Under the pieces are notes generated by a model. That model was not told the origin of the DNA. It did no database searches and was given only the letters and a program-made list of their open reading frames with translations. From contig CAZHTP010000004.1 of the NCBI GenBank assembly GCA_964535655.1, forward strand, positions 75,108 to 139,107: DNA of 64,000 nt, read 5' to 3'. The position numbers and the translations under genes were made by a program. The DNA is from an uncultured Gammaproteobacteria bacterium (GTDB lineage: Bacteria > Patescibacteriota > Microgenomatia > JALYQM01). Below are positions 30,220 through 39,162 of the stretch, in pieces; within the stretch, counting starts at the first letter, position 1, and each line of letters begins with the position of its first letter.

Positions 30220-31272
30220 TTATACCATAGCTGGTTCAGTAAACTCTTCTTCGTCGTCGTCATGGTGGCGAACGAAGTGGTTGAAATCTTTAGGACGAAT
30301 AGCAGCAATATCGAATTCGCTACCCTCAAAGTAGCTCTTGAGTACTGGTACGATTTCTTTGCGCACGAGTACATGATGTGTGTGTGCTGTATTATCTTCA
30401 AACTCAAGCTGGAAATTTTTAACAAGTAGTTTTTGTGTTTCAAGTTCTTCGGCAATAAAGATATTGCGACCTTGCATTACGTCGATAACTTTGACAAAGA
30501 TGTGGTGTACTTCGTACTTAGAGGCTAAGCGTCGAAGTGCTTTGATTATGTCGTCGAGGTTTTTATTAACAAACTTTTCAGCTTCAAGAATTTCAATTTG
30601 GCCAATGGCTATTCGTGTGCGATGAAATTTAAAGACTGCGAGCTTGTCTTCTACGATTTGATATGCAGTTTTATCCTTAAAAGTTGATTTTGCTTTAAAC
30701 ATTTTCTCAGTAAAGTCGGCCGGAACATTGAATTTGGTGGTAAGCCAGGTGGCTGTACGCTTGTCACGGTTGGCAGTTAGTTTGTTCTTAAAGTTAATTG
30801 TGTTAGAAATTATCCCCCCATAGAGGAGTATTGCACAGTCTGTAGGTAAATCTGTGTTAGTCTCAATAAATTTTTCTGTAACTAAGGTAGATGTTGCACC
30901 GATGGTTTCAATTTCAATCACTGCTTTTTTGAAGCTTTCAACGTCATTATGAGCTCGATGATCGATGATTTGGACAACTTTGGAAGGTTTGATCGTCTCA
31001 TCAATACCGGAGGTATCGCTTGCATCAACTAAAATAATGGCATCAGCCTTATCAATGAGCTTTTTAGCGTTCCCTAAGGACTTAATTTTATATTTTTTGA
31101 GCAGAAATTCTGTTTCAGCATCAGGGTTGCCAGTTATAGCAGCTTGCGCTTTTACCCCATTTGAGTTTAAATATTGAGCGTACGCGTATGCCGAAGCATA
31201 GCCGTCGAGGTCGGGGTTTTTATAGGCTGTGACGAGCACTAGGTTCATTTGCTTTAGTTTATTTAATTCCAT
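30220..31272 (-). CDS. ppaC: Family II (Mn-dependent, DHH/DHHA2) pyrophosphatase-like protein
   Basis: NPDLDG, ILVD, IIDHR, IGATSTLV, GIISNT, GQIE, C-terminal RKEIVP; several motifs are variant. Confidence 0.75.
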   Translation of the reverse strand: MELNKLKQMNLVLVTAYKNPDLDGYASAYAYAQYLNSNGVKAQAAITGNPDAETEFLLKKYKIKSLGNAKKLIDKADAIILVDASDTSGIDETIKPSKVVQIIDHRAHNDVESFKKAVIEIETIGATSTLVTEKFIETNTDLPTDCAILLYGGIISNTINFKNKLTANRDKRTATWLTTKFNVPADFTEKMFKAKSTFKDKTAYQIVEDKLAVFKFHRTRIAIGQIEILEAEKFVNKNLDDIIKALRRLASKYEVHHIFVKVIDVMQGRNIFIAEELETQKLLVKNFQLEFEDNTAHTHHVLVRKEIVPVLKSYFEGSEFDIAAIRPKDFNHFVRHHDDDEEEFTEPAMV

Positions 31273-31336
31273 GCCGGGATTATACCACTTATAGGGTAGT
31301 AGGACAAGATTAGGTTATATCCTAGGACTTTTTGCG

Positions 31337-32932
31337 CTACGCTAGTCTTGGAAATAACGGTTGAACTTCATTTACCGCTACTTCTTCTTCCCATTCGTGT
31401 ATCGCATGAAACATATTGGGATCTTCAACCAAAAGCTTCTCTATGTTGTATGTTTGTGCGATTTTAAGCGCTGTTTCTGGAAGGAATGGATAGATTTCCC
31501 AGGCAATTGTATGGATCGCTTGTGAGAGCCAGTATAGGACTTGATTAACTCTTTCTGTATCTCCAGCTTTGTATAGTTTCCAGGGTTGACTAATGTTTAT
31601 TAGTTGGTCGCATTCACGGATCTTATCCCAGATATGCTCAAGAGCTTTACTAAGCTCACGCTTTTTCATTAATTTTGCGTAGTCTGATGTTGACGGGTCA
31701 TTTTGAATACACGTTAAGGCTAGTTGACGAATTGCCTCATCAATTGGGTCAGTTGCTTTATCCTTCAAATTTCCAGCCAGGAGGCGTGGAACTTTACCTG
31801 CATTATATTTATGAATCATGGACACTGTTCGGGAAACTAAGTTGCCCAGCCCGTTGGCGAGGTCGGCATTGTACAGCTCTTCCATTCGACGATCGGAATA
31901 GTCCCCATCAGCGTATGTTGGTACTTCGCGAAGTAGATAGTAGCGAGTTGGATCGATACCATATTTCTCTGTTACTTGGTGCGGCGGAATGCCATTGCCC
32001 AAAGATTTACTTATTTTTTCTCCGTTAACAGTCACATAATCGTGGATCATCACCGCTTTAGGTGTAGGTATACCTGCTGAGAGTAGCATAGCAGGCCAAT
32101 AAATAGTGTGGAATCGATTTATTCCTTTTCCCACTAACTGAATGTCTGCAGGCCAATATTTTTTAAATAGCTCGTTATTTTCTTCTGCGTAGCCAAGGGC
32201 TGTGATGTAGTTGGATAATGCGTCTACCCATACATACATGGTTTGGCTTGGATCACTCGGAACTGGCACGCCCCACCCTTTGACGCGAGTGGTTGGACGG
32301 GAGATAGAAAAATCTTCTAAGCCTTTTTTAACCCAACCTAACGTTTCGTTACGTCTTTTGTCAGGGGTAATTTTAATTTCTCCTGTGGAGATCTTTTTGT
32401 CTAGAATATCTTGATAATTTGAGAGCTTAAAAAAGTAATTTTCTTCTTCAATCATTTCAAGTTCAATTTTATGGTCTGGGCAATACTTACCATCTACTAG
32501 TTCCTCTGAAGTGTAAAACTGTTCACAGCCAACGCAATATAAGCCTTGATATTTTTTAGAGTAAATATCTTCTTTTTTGAAAGACGACCAGAGTTTTTGT
32601 GCACCTTTAAAGTGCTTTTCTTGAGAGGTTTGAAAGAACTGATCGTTCGTTATGTTTAATATCCCTTTGAGTGCTGCGAACTCTTTGGCATGGCGATCGA
32701 CAAATTCTTTTGTTGGAACTCTTTCTTTTTCAGCGACTTGGGCATTCTTTTGCGCATTATCATCAGAGCCGGCTAAAAAATAGGTGTCGTAGCCGAGGAG
32801 GCGATGGTATCTTGCTAATGTATCAGCCTGAACAAGTTCCAACGCAAATCCGATATGTGGTGCGGCGTTAACGTAGGGAATTGAGGTTGTAATATAAAAT
32901 TTGCGATTTGGATTTTGTTCCTCTGTATTCAT
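31337..32932 (-). CDS. metG: Methionine--tRNA ligase
   Basis: YVNAAPHIG (HIGH), YCVGCE, YVWVDAL, KISKSLGN (KMSKS), LANGLGNLVSR. Confidence 0.96.
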   Translation of the reverse strand: MNTEEQNPNRKFYITTSIPYVNAAPHIGFALELVQADTLARYHRLLGYDTYFLAGSDDNAQKNAQVAEKERVPTKEFVDRHAKEFAALKGILNITNDQFFQTSQEKHFKGAQKLWSSFKKEDIYSKKYQGLYCVGCEQFYTSEELVDGKYCPDHKIELEMIEEENYFFKLSNYQDILDKKISTGEIKITPDKRRNETLGWVKKGLEDFSISRPTTRVKGWGVPVPSDPSQTMYVWVDALSNYITALGYAEENNELFKKYWPADIQLVGKGINRFHTIYWPAMLLSAGIPTPKAVMIHDYVTVNGEKISKSLGNGIPPHQVTEKYGIDPTRYYLLREVPTYADGDYSDRRMEELYNADLANGLGNLVSRTVSMIHKYNAGKVPRLLAGNLKDKATDPIDEAIRQLALTCIQNDPSTSDYAKLMKKRELSKALEHIWDKIRECDQLINISQPWKLYKAGDTERVNQVLYWLSQAIHTIAWEIYPFLPETALKIAQTYNIEKLLVEDPNMFHAIHEWEEEVAVNEVQPLFPRLA

Positions 32933-33687
32933 TCTGCTCTCCTTTGAATAGTAATGGTATCTTCCACTTTTACCTGTAATTTTTGGGCGGCATTTTGTTG
33001 ATTTATAGCAATTTCTAGGGTCTGGTGGCTTCCTTTATATGCTAATGGTTGACCGATTCCGACTTCGGCAAAGGTCTTTACAAAGGGTATTATATACGAT
33101 TTTTCGTTTATTTTAAGTTCCAGTTTATCTCCGTAGGAATATTGTGCAGGGTTGTTTAACTTGATATTGCCATATGGGTCAATATGGAGGATTTGATTAG
33201 GGTGGTATTTGAGTTTAATTAGTCGATTTACTGATAGTTTAGAAGTATATTCGATTAGAGGCTTTTTGATGCTTACATACGCTGCCACTTTGGCAAAAAT
33301 ATCCCGGCCGTGAAAAGTGTTTGATAGTGAGCCAATTTTTTCTTCATCAATTTTATATATTTTTTCTATTCCATCGAATTGAGCAGCAGGGTAGAAAAGA
33401 CCGTTATTTGGTCCGATGAACCAATAATTCTTGGTTTTCACTATTAAGCCAATTCTATCTGAGCCAACTCCCGGATCTACTACTCCAATGTGTATGCTTC
33501 CCTTAGGGGTAAATGGCGCAAACTTTTGAATAATAAATGCCCCCTCGGTGATCGAGTAGGGGGTTACCTCTTTGCTGGCGAGGATGAATTTAGCATTAGG
33601 ATTAATGTCGTATATAACTGACTCGATTTGGCCGGTTGCAAAGCGGTCTCCGAAGTCGCATGTAAGTGTAATGAGGGGGGATTTCAT
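32929..33687 (-). CDS. SAM hydroxide adenosyltransferase (DUF62; SAM hydrolase/halogenase family)
   Basis: TLTCDFG, VVDPGVGSDR, GPNNG, SNTFHGRDIFA, IDPYGN, LEIAIN; 4-nt ATGA overlap with metG. Confidence 0.9.
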   Translation of the reverse strand: MKSPLITLTCDFGDRFATGQIESVIYDINPNAKFILASKEVTPYSITEGAFIIQKFAPFTPKGSIHIGVVDPGVGSDRIGLIVKTKNYWFIGPNNGLFYPAAQFDGIEKIYKIDEEKIGSLSNTFHGRDIFAKVAAYVSIKKPLIEYTSKLSVNRLIKLKYHPNQILHIDPYGNIKLNNPAQYSYGDKLELKINEKSYIIPFVKTFAEVGIGQPLAYKGSHQTLEIAINQQNAAQKLQVKVEDTITIQRRAE

Positions 33688-33690
33688 ATT

Positions 33691-33867
33691 ATAATAATAT
33701 CTTGCGGCAAATGTTTCTTGCTGCGGAAGCTAAGACTGTCTATCTTAACCAGATTGCGCTCACTAACGCTATCTACATCAATCGTATGTTTCGGTAGCGC
33801 TATTGTTTACCTGCGCTACCTTCAGCTGAATGTCCTCACTGCGAAATATTTACCGCTTCGTTATTAT
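33691..33867. other. Large branched hairpin between a Shine-Dalgarno and the DUF62 start codon
   Basis: ATAATAA/TTATTAT and GCGGCAAATGTTTC/GAAATATTTACCGC outer stems; inner GGTAGCGC/GCGCTACC hairpin. Confidence 0.7.
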
Positions 33868-33881
33868 TTCTCCTTTCTACG

Positions 33882-33906
33882 AAAAAACCCTCCTGGTGGA
33901 GGGTTT
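33882..33906 (-). terminator. Attenuator-type intrinsic terminator upstream of DUF62-metG
   Basis: Minus strand AAACCCTCC-ACCA-GGAGGGTTT-TTT. Confidence 0.88.
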
Positions 33907-33937
33907 GTGCTTATTGTTTATAATTTTTTATTTATGA

Positions 33938-34015
33938 CTACGCATGCACTTTCTCACCAGATTGGAAGATGAGGTGTCGCATGTACATGATGGTTGATAG
34001 TACTATTGTAATCAT
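33938..34015 (-). CDS. Putative leader peptide MITIVLSTIMYMRHLIFQSGEKVHA (not in the ORF track)
   Basis: ATG 34015 to TAG 33938; Met codons at 10 and 12; lies between a promoter and a terminator and contains an antiterminator-complementary segment. Confidence 0.7.
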   Translation of the reverse strand: MITIVLSTIMYMRHLIFQSGEKVHA

Positions 34016-34022
34016 TGCTTTG

Positions 34023-34051
34023 AGTATACTGCGTTAATCCTTTTTGTGCAA
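34023..34051 (-). promoter_or_regulatory. Sigma70-type promoter of the leader-DUF62-metG unit
   Basis: TTGCAC (34051-34046), 17 bp, TATACT (34028-34023); 7 nt before the leader ATG. Confidence 0.75.
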
Positions 34052-34056
34052 GGTTT

Positions 34057-34386
34057 TTAAATTTCTTCGACCGTGAGTTCGTTTTTTTTGTTGTTAATAA
34101 ATAGTAATGGTATACAAACGGCGTATGTTACTATAGGTATAATACGGAGATGTTTCACAAATAATAAACTAACTATAAGTAGGGAAAATTCTAAAGCTTT
34201 TTTGGGAGTGGTGAAAAGTTGAATTGTTGTGAACATTGCTACAAATAGAAAAAAAGTTAGTAAGGCGATTGGTACAGTATTTGCTTCCGTAAAAGTAAAT
34301 GGTGCTTTGTAGTAGTATACGAATATACAAAAGGCTAGAACACTTATTACAGTTGCACTAATTTTTAACACTTTATTTTTTTTCAT
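34057..34386 (-). CDS. Small multi-pass membrane protein
   Basis: 109 aa with about four hydrophobic segments. Confidence 0.6.
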   Translation of the reverse strand: MKKNKVLKISATVISVLAFCIFVYYYKAPFTFTEANTVPIALLTFFLFVAMFTTIQLFTTPKKALEFSLLIVSLLFVKHLRIIPIVTYAVCIPLLFINNKKNELTVEEI

Positions 34387-34392
34387 ATAATT

Positions 34393-35415
34393 ATGAATAG
34401 TATACTTATTTTGTTGATATTTGTCTTTTTAGCTGTGATTTGTGTTTTTTTATTTTTGTTGTACCAGAAAATCATTAGGACCGACCATGATTCGCAACTT
34501 GATGTGATGGGACGTTGGATGGAGCAAATGCAGCAGCGGCTTGATCGCAATGCTGATGTACTTGAACGAAGTATGCGAGCAACTAATGATACTATTGGAT
34601 CTCGCCTTGATAAAACGAGTGAAATGTTGTCTGTAGTTGGACAGCGAGTAGGTGAGATGAGTGAAATTGGAAGAAGTATGCGTGATCTCGGAGATTTACT
34701 TAAATCCCCTAAGCTGCGCGGGAATATTGGAGAATATGTACTTCGAGATTTGCTCGCGCAATATTTACCAAAAACTAGTTTTGACTTACAATATTCATTT
34801 AAAAGTGGCCATATTGCTGATGCAATTGTTCGTACTGATCAGGGTATTTTGTGCATCGATTCAAAATTTCCACTTGAGAACTTTAGAAAAATGTATGAGG
34901 TGGATTCTGAACAAGAGAAGGATCGAGCACGTAAGGATTTTATCCGCGATGTTAAACGGCATATTGAGGCGATAGCTACAAAATATATTGTTCCGGAAGA
35001 GCAATCGCTTGATTATGCCATTATGTACGTGCCTTCGGAATCTATATATTATGAAGTTATTTCTCAACAACATGAACTTCTTGAGTATGCTCAAAGCCGA
35101 CAAGTCATTGTGGTGAGTCCATCAGTATTTTATGCTTATCTACAGGTAATTCTACTTTCTTTGGAGGGGCGTAAAGTAGAAGAACAGGCAACGGAACTGC
35201 TTCGGAATTTTAAAGGTTTACAGCTTGAATTTAAACGCTTCTCTGAAGTATTTGGATTGGGGATGAAACATTTAGGGAATGCCCGAAATGCGTTTGATGA
35301 CGCTTCGATTAAATACGGAGTAGTGGAAGGAAAATTGCAATCAATGTTTAAAGCTGAAGAGCGAATGACTAATAGCTTGCCTGAGAAGGATCCATTGTAT
35401 CTTCCTGAAAACTAG
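34393..35415 (+). CDS. rmuC: DNA recombination protein RmuC
   Basis: N-terminal TM, coiled coil, KLRGNIGE, IDSKFP, KYIVP, MYVPSES, VVSPS. Confidence 0.92.
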   Translation: MNSILILLIFVFLAVICVFLFLLYQKIIRTDHDSQLDVMGRWMEQMQQRLDRNADVLERSMRATNDTIGSRLDKTSEMLSVVGQRVGEMSEIGRSMRDLGDLLKSPKLRGNIGEYVLRDLLAQYLPKTSFDLQYSFKSGHIADAIVRTDQGILCIDSKFPLENFRKMYEVDSEQEKDRARKDFIRDVKRHIEAIATKYIVPEEQSLDYAIMYVPSESIYYEVISQQHELLEYAQSRQVIVVSPSVFYAYLQVILLSLEGRKVEEQATELLRNFKGLQLEFKRFSEVFGLGMKHLGNARNAFDDASIKYGVVEGKLQSMFKAEERMTNSLPEKDPLYLPEN

Positions 35416-35641
35416 GAGCTGTTGAGCTAGAACTTGATTCTTCGTTATTTAATGTAGCAGGGGCAGTTTCAACTCTATATGTTCTTTCACTTTCAACAGG
35501 AGCATATTGATGCTGCATTATTGGCTTATAATCGAAATACACAAACACTCCAATTAATAATGCTGCTCCAAATAATCCAAGCGCAAGTAGATTTTTATCT
35601 GATCGGATAAGAGGAGAAGGTGCTTTCTTTGTTTTTGCCAT
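35369..35641 (-). CDS. Small single-TM protein
   Basis: Basic N-terminus plus TM; start moved to ATG 35641; 3' end overlaps rmuC. Confidence 0.55.
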   Translation of the reverse strand: MAKTKKAPSPLIRSDKNLLALGLFGAALLIGVFVYFDYKPIMQHQYAPVESERTYRVETAPATLNNEESSSSSTAPSFQEDTMDPSQASY

Positions 35642-35694
35642 GTATCTATTATTTGGTAAATAAAAATGTTTTGTCAATATAGAGATTGATTTTT

Positions 35695-36747
35695 CTATCT
35701 AAATTTAGTTTTAAACCGTAACCATTGTGATCGATATTTATCTAATTTATTGTAAATTTGGTACATAGGTGGGTTGGTAATTAAATCATAGGATCCAAGA
35801 TATTCAATATGTGTTGGACCGTATCCTTCCTTGAACCGGTGAAAACCGTACCATGGGTCGGTAGGATCTGGGTTCAACGACATCGCTCCCCATAAATCGA
35901 GGGTTGTTAAGCCCATCCGTTTCCCTAGTTGAATAGCACTCCAGGCAACTAAGTTGGAAGACATAACATTTCTGAATTTAGTTGTTGATCCACCGTACTG
36001 ATAATACATAGTATTGTGAAAGTTGGTTACTAACCAAATCGAAGTAGGAACGTTGTCGTAGTAAGCAATTAATAATCTTGCCATGTCGTTGGCGCGTAAA
36101 GTTTCCCAAATATGACGATGATAGCTTTCGTCATGACCGTAGTACCCCTGTCTTTTTGTTGTTTCGAAATATAGTTTAAGAAAAATTTTAAAACCTTCTT
36201 CGTCGGTTCTTTCTTGGATCTGAACTCCTTTTCTTTGTGCTAAACCGATATTATACCGAGTTTTTTCATGCATATTTGCGAGAAGTTCCTCATCGGATTT
36301 AGTTATATCCAGGAGGAAATTATATTTGGTAAATAATTCTTTACCTTGAATGATATTTAAGTCTTTAGTAGCGAGCAGTTGTTCGCGGGTCGATTTTAGA
36401 TAACTTTGAACATTTGGATCTTTCGTTGGTCCGAACACATTTGGTTCCAATTTAATATATACGCAATTATTTTTTTGTCCAAAGGCTTGCAACGAATGAA
36501 GCATTTCTAGCGTTGGTAGGGTACATTTAGGAAGGTAGCCAATATTCCACATGCTTAGTGGTGCCGGGAGTGGATGCAAAGATAGTTGAAAGCCATCTGT
36601 CATATTGGTGTTGTCAAAAAAACCGTATTTAAAAACCTTTTTTCCGGTTGCCTCCTTTGCATCGCCCCATTCCCATGACTGGACGATATGCTTCACTATG
36701 GAGTTGTATCTTTCTTTTTCGTTGATAAAAAGTTCGCGAATAAGCAT
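35695..36747 (-). CDS. FemABX/MurM family peptidoglycan bridge aminoacyltransferase
   Basis: QSWEWG, IKLEP, KTRYNIGLAQRKGV, YQYGGS, WYGFHRFKEGYG. Confidence 0.9.
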   Translation of the reverse strand: MLIRELFINEKERYNSIVKHIVQSWEWGDAKEATGKKVFKYGFFDNTNMTDGFQLSLHPLPAPLSMWNIGYLPKCTLPTLEMLHSLQAFGQKNNCVYIKLEPNVFGPTKDPNVQSYLKSTREQLLATKDLNIIQGKELFTKYNFLLDITKSDEELLANMHEKTRYNIGLAQRKGVQIQERTDEEGFKIFLKLYFETTKRQGYYGHDESYHRHIWETLRANDMARLLIAYYDNVPTSIWLVTNFHNTMYYQYGGSTTKFRNVMSSNLVAWSAIQLGKRMGLTTLDLWGAMSLNPDPTDPWYGFHRFKEGYGPTHIEYLGSYDLITNPPMYQIYNKLDKYRSQWLRFKTKFR

Positions 36748-36785
36748 AGGGAAATGGTACTAGAAATAGTAGTTGGGGTAAAGGA

Positions 36786-37196
36786 TTAGTGCCAAAGCGC
36801 GAGTATCACTCCCATTGTTATAAAGCTGAAGAAAAAATAGCAATAATTGATTGCCCATAATTTCCATGATTTATTTGAAAAAGCGTTAGTTGTAATTGTT
36901 GATGTGGCTAGAAAGCCTAACCATGCCCATAATCCTATTTGTAATCCTTCGACCACTGTTCTTGCTTGTGCAAATCCGATAAATTTCGCTAAAATGTATG
37001 CGGTTACTATACTTGCAAACGATGCAATAGCGTAGCCAATTGATGTACTATTACTTTTTATATCATCAGGATTTTTCCCTAAAAGTAACATCCAATGTTT
37101 GCCGAAAAGTGCGGGAGAATACCAGACAGCTCCAATTATCATTTGAATTATTGCTGCCACGAGTACTGCTACTAAATTTATGCTTGATTGATCCAT
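36786..37196 (-). CDS. DUF1761-like membrane protein
   Basis: INLVAVLVAA...IGAVWYSPALFGKHW; four TM. Confidence 0.78.
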   Translation of the reverse strand: MDQSSINLVAVLVAAIIQMIIGAVWYSPALFGKHWMLLLGKNPDDIKSNSTSIGYAIASFASIVTAYILAKFIGFAQARTVVEGLQIGLWAWLGFLATSTITTNAFSNKSWKLWAINYCYFFFSFITMGVILALWH

Positions 37197-37208
37197 AGAA
37201 AGCTCCTT

Positions 37209-37982
37209 TTATGCAAATTTAAAATTCTCTATTTCAAAGCGTTTTTTTATACGATATTTAAACTCCCGTTCCATATCCCATTTTTTTGCTTGGTTTGTTT
37301 TGATTAGTGTTTTTATGGTTACTTTTGCCCCTGCTAAATCAATTATTCCATCGACTTTAGGGACCCCTATTATCCAGGTACCTAGATTTGGGTCAGTTTT
37401 TATTTTTTGAGCTTCTTCATTAAAAATTTTGAGGACTCGATCAATGGGATGTTCGGTAGAAACTCCAATATCTACATTCGCCTGAGACCATTCTTTTGTT
37501 AGGTTAGCTATTGTACCAACTGTACCGTTAGGGATCGTATGTACAACTCCATTCAAATCACGAACTGTTATTGCTCTAATTCCAACTTTTTCTACTTTTC
37601 CTTCAACTTCTCCGACTTTAATAATATCTCCCTCGTAGAAGATATCGCCGGTTAATAAAAAAAGACCTGTTACTAGATCTTTAACAATAGCCTGACTTCC
37701 AAACCCGATCGTAAATCCAACAATACCTGCCGATGCGAGTAGTGGCAAAATGTTTATATTTAGAGTTGACAAGATAGTTAATATGGCGATGAGAATAATT
37801 ACTACTGACACCGTGTTTTGCAGCAAATGGAGCACTGTTCTTGTTTTTGGTGTAGATGTTTTACTGAAAATTTTGTCGAATACTCTTTGCAATGCTATAT
37901 TTAAGATGTACGAAAGAGCTACAATTATTATTATTCGCAGCCATAAAGAGATATCTATAGCCTCAATAAGGGATATGTTCAT
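37209..37982 (-). CDS. mscS: Small-conductance mechanosensitive channel
   Basis: LLASAGIVGFTIGFGSQAIVKD, GDII, GKVEKVGIR, HTIPNG. Confidence 0.9.
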   Translation of the reverse strand: MNISLIEAIDISLWLRIIIIVALSYILNIALQRVFDKIFSKTSTPKTRTVLHLLQNTVSVVIILIAILTILSTLNINILPLLASAGIVGFTIGFGSQAIVKDLVTGLFLLTGDIFYEGDIIKVGEVEGKVEKVGIRAITVRDLNGVVHTIPNGTVGTIANLTKEWSQANVDIGVSTEHPIDRVLKIFNEEAQKIKTDPNLGTWIIGVPKVDGIIDLAGAKVTIKTLIKTNQAKKWDMEREFKYRIKKRFEIENFKFA

Positions 37983-38062
37983 AGGATAATTGTATCATAT
38001 TGTATTTATTGCATCTGTGGAGTTAATTTGCAATTCCCGCATAATTATGGCAGGATATTTTT

Positions 38063-39133
38063 ATGTTTCAACCTAAATTTATTGTGAATCAGAAGGTCCT
38101 TAAATATATTTCACAAATTGAAGTGGCCAAAGAGATTATTGAAAATTCTCCGCTTGTTCCGCAGTGGGAAGTTAAATTTAGAGAAGAGGCGATGCTTCGT
38201 TCTGTTCATCATGGGACACATGTTGAAGGAAACCAGATGACGCTTGGCGAAGTAAAAGGAGCGTTAGAAGGGCGAGAGGTCTCGGCTCGAGAACGTGATG
38301 TCCAGGAAGTTATAAATTATCGTAATGTACTACGATATATCGATAAATGGTCTCGTACTGAAAGTGAAGCTCAAAAATCTATTGATATAGGAACGATGCT
38401 TAAGTTGCATGAAATTATAATGGAAAATATTTTACCTCCTGAACGAATTGGTGTACTACGTGATGTCGAGGTAGTGCTTAAAAGTTCACGGACAGGGATT
38501 ACCAGTTTTAGACCTCCTTCTAAATACAATGTTCCCGCACTTGTGAATATGTTTTTAGAATGGCTTGGGAGTGCTGAGGCAGAGGAGCTTCACCCTGTTT
38601 TGCGTGCTGGTATTACTCATTATGAGTTGGTGCGCATTCATCCGTTTGTTGATGGAAATGGACGAGTGTCGCGCGCTATGGCAATTCTGGTGTTATTTAA
38701 AGGTGGCTACGATGTAAAACGATTTTTTTCAATTGAAGAGTATTTTGATCGAGATTCGGTACGTTATTTTCAAACTCTGCAAAATACGTCTAATCAGTTA
38801 GTTGTGGATAATAATGAACGCGACTTAACCGAATGGCTGGAATATTTTTCAGAAGGACTTGCTGTTGAACTTGCTCGAGTAAAAGAGAAAGTAAAGAAAC
38901 TTTCGGTTGATTTAAAATTGCAAAATAAAGTTGGTCAGATTTCCCTTAATGAACGGCAGATGGTTCTTGTTGAGTATATGGAGGATTATGGTGGAATCTC
39001 AAATAAAGAATGGCGAAATCTTTTAAGTGGCGTTTCTGATGATACTATTTTGCGAGATATACAGGATTTAATTAAGAAACGTCTCGTTAAAAAAGAAGGA
39101 ACTACTAAAGCTTCTAAATACCGACTTGTTTAA
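38063..39133 (+). CDS. Fic family protein with a C-terminal winged HTH
   Basis: Canonical HPFVDGNGRVSR, N-terminal inhibitory-type GTHVEGN, C-terminal LNERQ...TILRDIQDL. Confidence 0.92.
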   Translation: MFQPKFIVNQKVLKYISQIEVAKEIIENSPLVPQWEVKFREEAMLRSVHHGTHVEGNQMTLGEVKGALEGREVSARERDVQEVINYRNVLRYIDKWSRTESEAQKSIDIGTMLKLHEIIMENILPPERIGVLRDVEVVLKSSRTGITSFRPPSKYNVPALVNMFLEWLGSAEAEELHPVLRAGITHYELVRIHPFVDGNGRVSRAMAILVLFKGGYDVKRFFSIEEYFDRDSVRYFQTLQNTSNQLVVDNNERDLTEWLEYFSEGLAVELARVKEKVKKLSVDLKLQNKVGQISLNERQMVLVEYMEDYGGISNKEWRNLLSGVSDDTILRDIQDLIKKRLVKKEGTTKASKYRLV

Positions 39134-39162
39134 TAATGTTTGGTTGTGATATTTGTACCAGT

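Noticed and set aside
32929-33687. Fluorinase or chlorinase
   Set aside because: Asp-Arg-His triad residues of the hydroxide adenosyltransferases are present and there is no secondary-metabolite context
33628-33972. 114-aa plus-strand ORF
   Set aside because: Antisense to the leader, terminator and hairpin; no protein features
33690-34050. T-box or SAM riboswitch upstream of metG
   Set aside because: No UGGNACC antiterminator bulge or specifier stem, and no SAM-I core recognisable; a uORF attenuator fits better. An Rfam scan would settle it.
38063-39133. Prophage or mobile island around Fic and the ATP-dependent ligase
   Set aside because: No integrase, transposase, phage structural genes or att-like repeats seen
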